DNA of 64,000 nucleotides. Origin: Ktedonobacteria bacterium (GTDB lineage: Bacteria; Chloroflexota; Ktedonobacteria; Ktedonobacterales; JACDGC01). A program made the translations under genes and the position numbers. The notes under the pieces were generated by a model. The model was not told the DNA's origin. It saw nothing but the letters and a program-made list of their open reading frames with translations, and did not search any database. Below are positions 44,685 to 52,474 of this stretch, piece by piece. The DNA lies in NCBI GenBank assembly GCA_027459785.1, contig DAIDGU010000057.1, positions 34,150-98,149 on the forward strand. Direction: 5' to 3'. How positions within the stretch are numbered: the stretch's first letter is position 1; each line of letters begins with the position of its first letter.

Positions 44685-45377
44685 CTAAGCGTCGTCGGTG
44701 TGGATCTTGATCCAGCCGTGGCGGAGCGCGTGGACGACAGCAGCCGTGCGGTCATTCACGTTGAGTTTTTTCAGGATCGACGTGATGTGATTCTTGACGG
44801 TCTGATCGCTGATCTTGAGCGACTTGGCGATCTCTTTGTTGCTGTTGCCACGTGAAATGTAATCCAGGATCTCGACCTCACGGGTGGAGAGCGGCGTATA
44901 GAGCGGCGTCACCTCCGGCTCATCCTCGGTCGCCATCTCGCGGAAGACGCGCAACACGCGCGAGGCCACGTGTGGGCGCGAAAGGACGTTATCGTTGATG
45001 AGGAAGATGCCCTGGCTGACGTTCGAGATCGCCTTCACCAAGTCTTCGGCCTCAATGTCTTTCAGCAGATAGGCCGCCGCGCCGACTTTGATACTCTGGA
45101 ACAATTGTTCTTCGTCTTCTTGTTCGGTGAGCATGATGATGGCGACCTGCGGGGAGAAGTGGCGCAATTGTCGGGCCAGTTCCAGGGAATTCCCGCTGAG
45201 CAGATAAGCATCGACCAGGATGACATCCGGCGTTTGGGTGCGCGCCAATTCCAGCCCTTGGGTCGCGTCCGCGCTTTCAGCGATGAGGGTACAGTTGCCG
45301 GATTGCTCCATCGCCCAGCGCACGCCAGCGCGAAACAGCGGATGTTCATCGATGATCATGATGCGAATGGTTTCCAT
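44685..45377 (-). CDS. NarL/LuxR-family response regulator
   Basis: IMIIDEHP...DVILVDAYL...IIMLT...YLLK receiver, plus the LuxR HTH LSTREVEILDYISRGNSNKEIAKSL. Confidence 0.9.
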   Translation of the reverse strand: METIRIMIIDEHPLFRAGVRWAMEQSGNCTLIAESADATQGLELARTQTPDVILVDAYLLSGNSLELARQLRHFSPQVAIIMLTEQEDEEQLFQSIKVGAAAYLLKDIEAEDLVKAISNVSQGIFLINDNVLSRPHVASRVLRVFREMATEDEPEVTPLYTPLSTREVEILDYISRGNSNKEIAKSLKISDQTVKNHITSILKKLNVNDRTAAVVHALRHGWIKIHTDDA

Positions 45378-45640
45378 GCAGCGGATCTCCCTTGTGGCGC
45401 TTCTCAGTGGGTGGACTTTTGTACGTCATAGTATACCCGATGCGCACAAGAACGCCTAGCCCCCAATTTTTGATAGCCCAGATAGGCTATCTATGCCTGA
45501 ATGGATGGCAGAGATTGGGACCGAGGCGACGATAACGCTAGCCCATCCGGGGAGGCGATCGCGTAAAACAAGATCGGTTGGTGAGCGAGGGCAACCAGCA
45601 GGGCAAATCGACTAAGAACAATGCGATCCGGCAGGCGAGG

Positions 45641-46333
45641 GCCGGCTGGCGGGTAAACCCGCGCCTTCGATCACCAAGCCTCCCTACGGAGGCTGGAGGT
45701 CGGCGGGGACGATCACAGAGATGAGGATGAATCTGAGGGGGAGTTTGGCGATGGCGGTTCGGTTACGTCGTCTCGTTCCATGATTTTCCAGTGGGCGCAG
45801 GTGCCGAGCGTGTGGTGATGGGCTTCCTGATTGCGGATGTAGTCTTGCACATTGGGCAAACGATGTTCGCCGACGCTGAACGCACCATAGCCGCCCTGCC
45901 ATTTGAAGAGATCGACGCCGGGGCGGGCGACGATGGCGTGGGCGGAGGAGCCTTTGATCTCGCCGATCAGTTTGGCGAGCGGAACGGTCGCGGGCAGCCG
46001 AACCAGCAGGTGCATATGATCCTCCACACCGCCTAACCCCAGCGGGTGCGCCCCGAACTCCTCGCATTTCGCCAATATCAACCGATACACATCGCCTCGA
46101 ATGTCTTTCGTCAACAATGGCAACCGATCCCAGGTCGCCCACACATAATGCACGAAGACATGCACGTTTGCTCCCCGCCTCGCCGCTGCCCTCCCGCGCT
46201 CTTATCCTCAACGAGGAAACACTTTCATCGCTTCAACTATACAATATACAACATTCGCGCCCTGATCGCCTCTCTCGCCCTCCAGCCTCCGCAGGGAGGC
46301 TTCGTGATCGAAAGCGTGGGTTTACCCGCCGGC
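45641..46333 (-). mobile_element. RAYT unit: IS200-like Y1 transposase flanked by inverted REP hairpins
   Basis: The 52-nt core at 45648..45699 matches the reverse complement of 46279..46330 at 48/52 positions. Each contains an AGCCTCC/N4/GGAGGCT hairpin. Confidence 0.8.
45713..46165 (-). CDS. REP-associated tyrosine transposase (IS200/IS605 TnpA-like, Y1 HUH)
   Basis: MHVFVHYVWATWDRLPLL..., HUH motif VEDHMHLLV, and a C-terminal Tyr context VQDYIRNQ. Confidence 0.85.
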   Translation of the reverse strand: MHVFVHYVWATWDRLPLLTKDIRGDVYRLILAKCEEFGAHPLGLGGVEDHMHLLVRLPATVPLAKLIGEIKGSSAHAIVARPGVDLFKWQGGYGAFSVGEHRLPNVQDYIRNQEAHHHTLGTCAHWKIMERDDVTEPPSPNSPSDSSSSL

Positions 46334-46431
46334 TGGGCTGGGCGTCCCATGCGATCACGCTATTCTCGCTCACGTGGCGGACAGGAATGTCCACCCCACG
46401 AAAAAGATATGATCAACAACGTCATGGAATA

Positions 46432-46992
46432 TCACTCCACCGCCCGCTTCAGCCACACGGCCATCTCGCCGTCGGGATACGCAGCGTTGGCATAGAGCGA
46501 GAGGTCGAGGCCGTCGAGCGTGAAGCCCAGTGCGCGATAGAAGCGGATGGCGGGTACGTTGGTCGTCTGGGTCTCGCACACGACGGTGCGCAGCGCCAGC
46601 TCGCGCGCGCGGGCAAGTACAGCATTCATCAAACGGCGACCGATGCCCTGGCCGCGAGATGCTGGGGTGATGTGGAACTCCCACACGTTCAAGCTGCCGT
46701 TCCACTGCTGCGGCTCCGTGACCGCGATGCCCACACAGGCCGAGCCGTCAAACGCCCCAAAGGCATGCCCTGCCGCCGCCAGCGCGGCATAGCGGCGCTG
46801 TGCCTCGTCATCCAGCAACGCGCCGTACTCCTTGGTGTACGGCTGCGCCAGCGGCGTCAGGCGCAGCTCAAAGACCGTCAGGGCATCGGTCTCCGTTCGG
46901 CTGGCGTGATAGACGGCATCGGTCGTATATCCCGTGATGAGTCGCCGCAACAAGCCTCCGTCAAGTTGCGTGATAGGCTGGATAATGAGCAT
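46432..46992 (-). CDS. GNAT N-acetyltransferase (streptothricin-acetyltransferase-like)
   Basis: WEFHITPASRGQGIGRRLMNAVLARA...NVPAIRFYRALGFTLDGLDLSLY. Confidence 0.75.
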   Translation of the reverse strand: MLIIQPITQLDGGLLRRLITGYTTDAVYHASRTETDALTVFELRLTPLAQPYTKEYGALLDDEAQRRYAALAAAGHAFGAFDGSACVGIAVTEPQQWNGSLNVWEFHITPASRGQGIGRRLMNAVLARARELALRTVVCETQTTNVPAIRFYRALGFTLDGLDLSLYANAAYPDGEMAVWLKRAVE

Positions 46993-47010
46993 TTTCTTTA
47001 TGCCCTGTTG

Positions 47011-47922
47011 CTATGCCCCATACTCTTTCAGCATGGTGCGGATCTCGCCGGCGACCTTGAGTGCCTCGTCCATCGGGCGCTGCCACAGGTTGCGGCCAAA
47101 GATGACGCCGGTGCCGCCAGCGGCCATGCCGTGGCGCGCTTTTTCGACGACATCGCTTTCACCCAGCTTCTCGCCGCCGGAAAAGATCACCAGCGTCTTG
47201 CCGGCGGACTGCACGATCTGCGCCAGCGCGTCGGCGGGGGTGAACTGCGTCGTGTTATACGGCGCGGGGGCGGCTTTGTCTTTGTCGGGATTGAACTTCG
47301 GCACGTTGACCTTCACCACGTCCGCGCCCAGTTCGGCGGCCACGCGGGCAGCGTAGTCGATGGCATAGAAGCTGTCGCGCCCGCCCTTGGCTTCAATGGC
47401 TTCGCCGCGCGGGTAGGCCCACACGATGATCGGCATGCCAAACTTCTCGGCGTCTTCGCGTACCTTGGCGAATTGGATGAAGTCGGCTTCTTGCTGCGGC
47501 GAACCGATATAGAGCGTATAGCCCACGGCGTCCGCGCCCAGGCGCACGGCGTCTTCGACGCTGGCGATGCAAGGCGAGAGCGGCGTTTTATCCGAGGGGA
47601 TCTCCGTCTTGCCGTTGAGCTTCAGCACCAGCGGCACCTGGCCGGCATATTTCGCCATATATTTGCTGGCGATGCCGATCTGGAAGACGATGCCTGAAAA
47701 ACCGCCCTCTTTAGCGAGGCGCAATTGGAAGTCGGGATCTTTGGCGGGGGGATTGGAGAAAAAGTCGCGTGGGCCATGCTCCAAGCCCTGGTCGATGGGC
47801 AGGAACATCAAGGTGCCATTGGCGGGGCCAGCACCGTACAGCAGCCGATGCAAGCGCGCCCGCTTGCCAATGCTCAGGTCCATGTCTGCGAGCGTCACGC
47901 GCCGCACTTGCGTCATTGCCAT
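47011..47922 (-). CDS. fbaB: class I fructose-bisphosphate aldolase (DhnA/FbaB, archaeal type)
   Basis: LPIDQGLEHGP, LVLKLNGKT, GADAVGYTLYIGS, VWAYPRG, VKVNVP and GVIFGRNLWQR match the DhnA family pattern. Confidence 0.85.
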   Translation of the reverse strand: MAMTQVRRVTLADMDLSIGKRARLHRLLYGAGPANGTLMFLPIDQGLEHGPRDFFSNPPAKDPDFQLRLAKEGGFSGIVFQIGIASKYMAKYAGQVPLVLKLNGKTEIPSDKTPLSPCIASVEDAVRLGADAVGYTLYIGSPQQEADFIQFAKVREDAEKFGMPIIVWAYPRGEAIEAKGGRDSFYAIDYAARVAAELGADVVKVNVPKFNPDKDKAAPAPYNTTQFTPADALAQIVQSAGKTLVIFSGGEKLGESDVVEKARHGMAAGGTGVIFGRNLWQRPMDEALKVAGEIRTMLKEYGA

Positions 47923-48486
47923 GAGAGATCGTCCTCCTCAGAGTTAGAACGACGAAACAAGAAGCGCGGCGTGCCAGCGTCGCATGTTCCTCAGTTTGCC
48001 GGCTACATCCCCGCCGGCGGTGGCCCCGACCCAACACGCGCGACGGATTCAGCATCCGCGCGACGGCGTTGGGCAGGCTGGTCCACGCGCCGCCGCCGCG
48101 TGCGCCCACGTGCCACGCCACTCCGGGAAGCAGGACGACACGCCTATGGAACACACAACCTCGCACATGCCGCGCCAGGCATGACATGCCGGACGAGAAA
48201 ACCTTCCCGCCCACCTGGGGCGACCGGCGAGTGCAACGCGAAACTTCGGGTGCCAGGGTCACGGCCCTGGGCAAATTTGCGACATGGCAGCGCCACATCT
48301 GCTCACAGCATACAACGCGCACGGTCCCAACGGCAAAACACCCGAATAATACGCCTAAATCGCTTGAAATAACCTTAGCGAAACTGCTGGCGGCGGACGC
48401 CGGCGCGCACCACTTGCTGCCGACACTGCCCCTTGCACCGAAAAGCGAGATCACGGCGGTAGGCGGCTGAGCGGCGTTCCACATCT

Positions 48487-48813
48487 CCACAAAGTTATCC
48501 ACACGTTTGCGGGGGGGGACTTCCTGGCCGGCGTCTTCGCGCGTGGGACATGGCACATTGCAGCACGCTTTAGCCACCCAGCGGGATATCCGCCGCGATG
48601 GCGACCTCGCGGAATTGGCCGGCGCGCAACCCGCCGGGTAAAAGCTGCTTGCCGACGGCGTGCAGCCGCGCCCGCCGCGCTGCCAGGTCCAGCGCGGGAT
48701 CGGTCACGCCGGGATCGGGAACCACCCACGGCGCGACAGCCAGCAGTTCACCCGTCATCTTTTGCCCCGTTACGGTGTGGATAAAGCCGGAGTTACCCAC
48801 AAAGTTATCCACA
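48487..48813. promoter_or_regulatory. three perfect DnaA boxes, including a 17-bp exact direct repeat
   Basis: TTATCCACA at 48495..48503 and 48805..48813; TGTGGATAA at 48776..48784. CCACAAAGTTATCCACA is repeated exactly at 48487 and 48797. Confidence 0.6.
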
Positions 48814-49757
48814 TCGCGGGGGCTGGTCGCGCTCTTATGTGTGATGCTAGATTGACCGTCGAACGTCACATCGAAGAAGTTGCCCGTCTGCATGGCACAG
48901 ACGTTCGCCTGGATATGCGGATAGTCGTTTTGGACGCTGCCCAGCACGGCGTTAAGCCATTCCTGCGGCTGCCAGTCGCACGTCTGGGAGGGCGCGGGCC
49001 AGAGTTGGTCGTTGGCGTCGGGCTGCACGACGACCTGCGCGCCGTGCGTGTCCAAATGGCGCAGGTACGCCGGCGTGAAGGCATCCAGGCTGATGGCGAC
49101 GCCGATGCGTCCGGCGGGCGTCGTGATGACGCGCACATCCTCCAACCGCCCGGCGGTGATATCAAGCGTGTCGCGTTCACTTGGCGTGGGGAAAACTTTG
49201 TTGATACGGTGGATAACTCCCGCTGGCGTCGCCACCAGGGCAGTGTTATACACCGTGGGGCCGGCGGGCAGATAGATCACATTCCCACCGGATGGTTCCC
49301 GGCGGAGCGGGTGCGTGACGCGGGCGCGCGTCACCAGGGGGGCAGCGGTGCCGGCGACGATGGTGGCATGGTAACGGGCCGCCAGGCGCGGCAGGGCGGT
49401 CGCCAGCGGGCGATAGAGCGCGTCGGTACGCGCCAGCAGCAGGGCGCGCGGCAGCGTGATCCCTGGCCAACGCCGGCGCAACGCCAGGATCTCCGGCAAG
49501 TAAGCCGCACCCAGCGCCGCCAGGGCGCGTTGCACCGTCGGTTGCCGCCGCGCCGGCGCGGCCCGCAAGCCCAGCAGCACACCTGGCAGCCCCAGCAGTT
49601 CGCCCAGCACGATCAGGTTTGGGCGATCAGAGACGAGGTGCGGCGCGGCCAGCCCGACGATGCGCGTGATCTCCGCCTGGGCGCTGGCATCATCGCGCCA
49701 CGCCGCCACGTTCAGGCGATTGCCGACGGCCACCGCGCGTACCACCTGTTCGCCCAT
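48570..49757 (-). CDS. carbon-nitrogen hydrolase (nitrilase-superfamily)-like protein
   Basis: LIVLGELLG (Glu), RINKVFP (Lys), GRIGVAISLDAF (Ser where the catalytic Cys is expected). GGATGGAGGGGG RBS before the ATG at 49757. Confidence 0.55.
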   Translation of the reverse strand: MGEQVVRAVAVGNRLNVAAWRDDASAQAEITRIVGLAAPHLVSDRPNLIVLGELLGLPGVLLGLRAAPARRQPTVQRALAALGAAYLPEILALRRRWPGITLPRALLLARTDALYRPLATALPRLAARYHATIVAGTAAPLVTRARVTHPLRREPSGGNVIYLPAGPTVYNTALVATPAGVIHRINKVFPTPSERDTLDITAGRLEDVRVITTPAGRIGVAISLDAFTPAYLRHLDTHGAQVVVQPDANDQLWPAPSQTCDWQPQEWLNAVLGSVQNDYPHIQANVCAMQTGNFFDVTFDGQSSITHKSATSPRDVDNFVGNSGFIHTVTGQKMTGELLAVAPWVVPDPGVTDPALDLAARRARLHAVGKQLLPGGLRAGQFREVAIAADIPLGG

Positions 49758-49885
49758 CGCGCCCCCTCCATCCTTCCCCTGCGTCTGCATACTGCGCTGA
49801 TCATACCACGCCTAGCGCGGGCGTTGTATGATGAGAGATATCATGAAAATGGCGCGCGAACGCTGCGCGCCGGGGAGCGCGACCA

Positions 49886-50599
49886 ATGATCACCTTCGAG
49901 GATGTCACGCGGCTGTTTCTGCACGCCGCCGAAACCACCGGCATCACCACCCACCCCGATAGCTGGCTGAATGTCGAGACGCTGGAACGCGAGTTCGAGA
50001 GCATCTGCCATCTGGGGCCGTGCGAGGAAGCCGAAGACAAGGCGACCTGTGGCGTCTCCTTCAGTTGGAGTCCGTTGGATACCGCCCTCTCGCTGGATGG
50101 GCCGCAAGGCGTGTGCGATTTCTTCCACGATCCCAACGACACGTGTCCGCACCTGCACACGGAAGATGTGCCGCCGCTCGCACTGGATCTCGCCTACACC
50201 GTCGCGCTGAATAACATCCCGCTGGATCGGTTGGATCTGCAACCATTAGTGCGCATCCTGAAATATCGCGCGTCGGAAAACTCCAGCCGTGCCATCGAGA
50301 CGCGCCCCAGCATCGGCGTGATCTATGGCGAAAACGGTCCTGAAGCCGAAAGCGTGACCTTACAGCAACACGTCGAGCTGCCCCTGTGGAATCCCGAATT
50401 GCTGGGTGCCTTCCGCGATACCATCGAGCGCCAGCGCGGAGCCAGCCACCACGGGCGCAAACATTTTCGCTGGCAGGACGACGACGACGAGACCGGCCAG
50501 GAAGACTGGCTGCCGCCATTGATGGAAGCGGTCGTGGCCGACATCGAACACGTCCTGACCGCGCTGGATGACCTCTCGCTCACCCCCTTCACGCGCTAG
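49886..50599 (+). CDS. hypothetical protein (237 aa, acidic, several Cys/His)
   Basis: ATG-initiated ORF with GC3-rich codon usage. No family recognised. Confidence 0.5.
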   Translation: MITFEDVTRLFLHAAETTGITTHPDSWLNVETLEREFESICHLGPCEEAEDKATCGVSFSWSPLDTALSLDGPQGVCDFFHDPNDTCPHLHTEDVPPLALDLAYTVALNNIPLDRLDLQPLVRILKYRASENSSRAIETRPSIGVIYGENGPEAESVTLQQHVELPLWNPELLGAFRDTIERQRGASHHGRKHFRWQDDDDETGQEDWLPPLMEAVVADIEHVLTALDDLSLTPFTR

Positions 50600-50612
50600 C
50601 ACCGTCCACAGT

Positions 50613-50640
50613 CCCCTCCCCTGCCGCAAAGAGGGAGGGG
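50613..50640 (+). terminator. hairpin after the stop (CCCCTCCC / GGGAGGGG, 12-nt loop)
   Basis: 8-bp perfect G/C stem 14 nt after the stop. No U-tract. Related in sequence to the CCCCTCCCC repeat family. Confidence 0.4.
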
Positions 50641-50838
50641 GAGATAAACATCGTCCTTTGCTTGAAAGCTTAGGCAGAACAATGAACCCTGTATTAATGC
50701 CGCCGCTCAACTTGGCTATACGGTGTTAGCCTTCATGATCACATGTTATCGGCCAGGAGGACCAAAGCACGCCGCAAAGTGGTCGGCTGATTTTAAATCT
50801 CGGCGACCGTAAACTAGGTACGTAATGGAGGATACAGT

Positions 50839-51084
50839 ATGCAGCCTAAAGGGTCTTGTCCACGCTGTGGGATCGGCATGTTAGCACCAGAAGTGGTTGA
50901 AGAGACTTTAATTGTAGGACCAAATGCCGTACAAGTCACGGTCGAAGCCGACGTCTGCTCGTACTGTGGCGAACGTTGGTTTGCTCCCCCGGCAATTGCC
51001 ACCATCGATGTTGCTATCCAGCATTTGCGTACTGGTGATCTCTCGCACCTAAACCACATCGGCGAGGTGTATAAAGCTTCCTAA
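50839..51084 (+). CDS. YgiT-type zinc-finger protein (MqsA-like antitoxin N-domain type)
   Basis: CPRCG...N31...CSYCGERWF. TGGAGGA RBS. Lies in a lower-GC patch. Confidence 0.65.
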   Translation: MQPKGSCPRCGIGMLAPEVVEETLIVGPNAVQVTVEADVCSYCGERWFAPPAIATIDVAIQHLRTGDLSHLNHIGEVYKAS

Positions 51085-51353
51085 ATATAGGGCGTCACCG
51101 CTCTTGCACCATCATCTTGGCTGGCAATTAGAATTGGCGTCCACGATCCCACCCCTGCTAGCACGGCAAAAAGTCGCGCTCGGCAACGGTTTACTTTTCG
51201 GCGAAAGATATCCACGTTTCCCCAGCCCCTACGTATTACTAAAGATCTTTATTCTAAATAGATAGAAGATAGTCGTCGTCGTAATAGGGCCGTGGACGGT
51301 GTGGACATCTCGCCCGCCCCCAGGCGCAGCCAGGCATGGTGCATGCTCTAGTA

Positions 51354-51609
51354 TGTGGATAGGGTGTGGTTGGCATGCGGGCAGGATGTGGAGGCGCGTG
51401 GATATCTTCTGCGTCAGCGATCAGTTATGCCCCACTCATCCACAGTCGTCCCCAACGGGTCCACACCTTCTCCGCATATCCCCAATGGCTTCCACATGTG
51501 GATAACTGATTGTGGATAGCGTGGATGATCGCTCTCCCCAGGGCATCCACAATCCGCCAACCACTTCTCTACCCTTTGTCCACGCACTTTTCCACAATCA
51601 TGTGGATAA
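51354..51609. promoter_or_regulatory. dense DnaA-box cluster (candidate oriC or DnaA-titration locus)
   Basis: Perfect TGTGGATAA at 51497 and 51601. One-mismatch boxes at 51354, 51436, 51511 and 51588, plus several two-mismatch boxes. AT-rich tract at 51227..51275. Confidence 0.6.
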
Positions 51610-51646
51610 CTTTGCTGGCGGACAGGAATGGTCGCTCTACGCACTT

Positions 51647-52474
51647 TTAATGGAAGCTGAGGACGAGCGAGCGCACGACCAGCCCCCAGCCATCCACCAG
51701 CACGAAGAGCAGCAGCTTGAAAGGCAAGGAGACGATGGTGGGCGAGAGCATCATCATGCCGACCGACATCAGCGATGTGGAAACGACCAGATCGATGACG
51801 ATGAAGGGCAGCAGGATCAAGAAGCCCATCTGAAACGCCGTCTTGATCTCGCTGAGGATGAAGGCGGGAATCAGCACATACGTTGGCACGTCGGCTTGAG
51901 TGCGCGGTGCTGGCATCTTCGCCAGGTAAACGAAGAGCGAGAGGTCTTTTTCGCGTGTCTGACGGAACATGAAGGCGCGTAGCGGCACCTGGGCGCGGTC
52001 CAGCGCGACTTGCTGCGAGATCTTGCCCTGCGAGTAGGGGGTGAGCGCGGTAGCATTGATCTGTTGCCAGGTGGGGGCCATGACGAACACCGTCAGGAAA
52101 AGCGCCAGCCCGACGATCACCTGATTCGGCGGCACCTGCTGCGCGCCCAGGCCGGAGCGCAGAAACGACAGCACGATCAGGATGCGCGTGAAGCCGGTCA
52201 GCATCATGATCAGCGAGGGTGCCAGGCTGAGGATGGTGATGAGCGCCAGCACCTCCAGCGGCACGCTGGTATCATTGGCTGAGGTGGTTGGCGGGGTGGT
52301 AACGTTCCCCGCCGGCGCGGTGGTCGTCGTGCCGGTCGGCCCGTTCACCGTGATCTGCAAGCCGGGTGTGCCGCTACCCGTCGTCGGCGCGGCGTCCAGC
52401 GAGCAGCCACCGAAAATCAAGGCCAGGGCAAAAATCCCCAGGCACAGCCAGCGTTGTCGTCTGATCCGTCGCAT
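51647..52474 (-). CDS. fliP: FliP/SctR-family type III export-gate protein, solitary
   Basis: [94 protein letters not shown]. Lipobox-like FGGC. GGAGGG RBS. Confidence 0.85.
   Translation of the reverse strand: MRRIRRQRWLCLGIFALALIFGGCSLDAAPTTGSGTPGLQITVNGPTGTTTTAPAGNVTTPPTTSANDTSVPLEVLALITILSLAPSLIMMLTGFTRILIVLSFLRSGLGAQQVPPNQVIVGLALFLTVFVMAPTWQQINATALTPYSQGKISQQVALDRAQVPLRAFMFRQTREKDLSLFVYLAKMPAPRTQADVPTYVLIPAFILSEIKTAFQMGFLILLPFIVIDLVVSTSLMSVGMMMLSPTIVSLPFKLLLFVLVDGWGLVVRSLVLSFH

Noticed and set aside
47923-48569. RNase P RNA, tmRNA or SRP RNA in the 650-bp gap. A GGGTGCCAGGG...CCCTGG stretch superficially resembles the RNase P P8/P9 region.
   Set aside because: I did not find the universally conserved strings on either strand: GAGGAAAGTCC, ACAGAA.CCGGCTTA, the tmRNA tRNA-like ends, or the SRP GGAAGCAGCC-type motif. 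Only a proper covariance-model scan can settle this.
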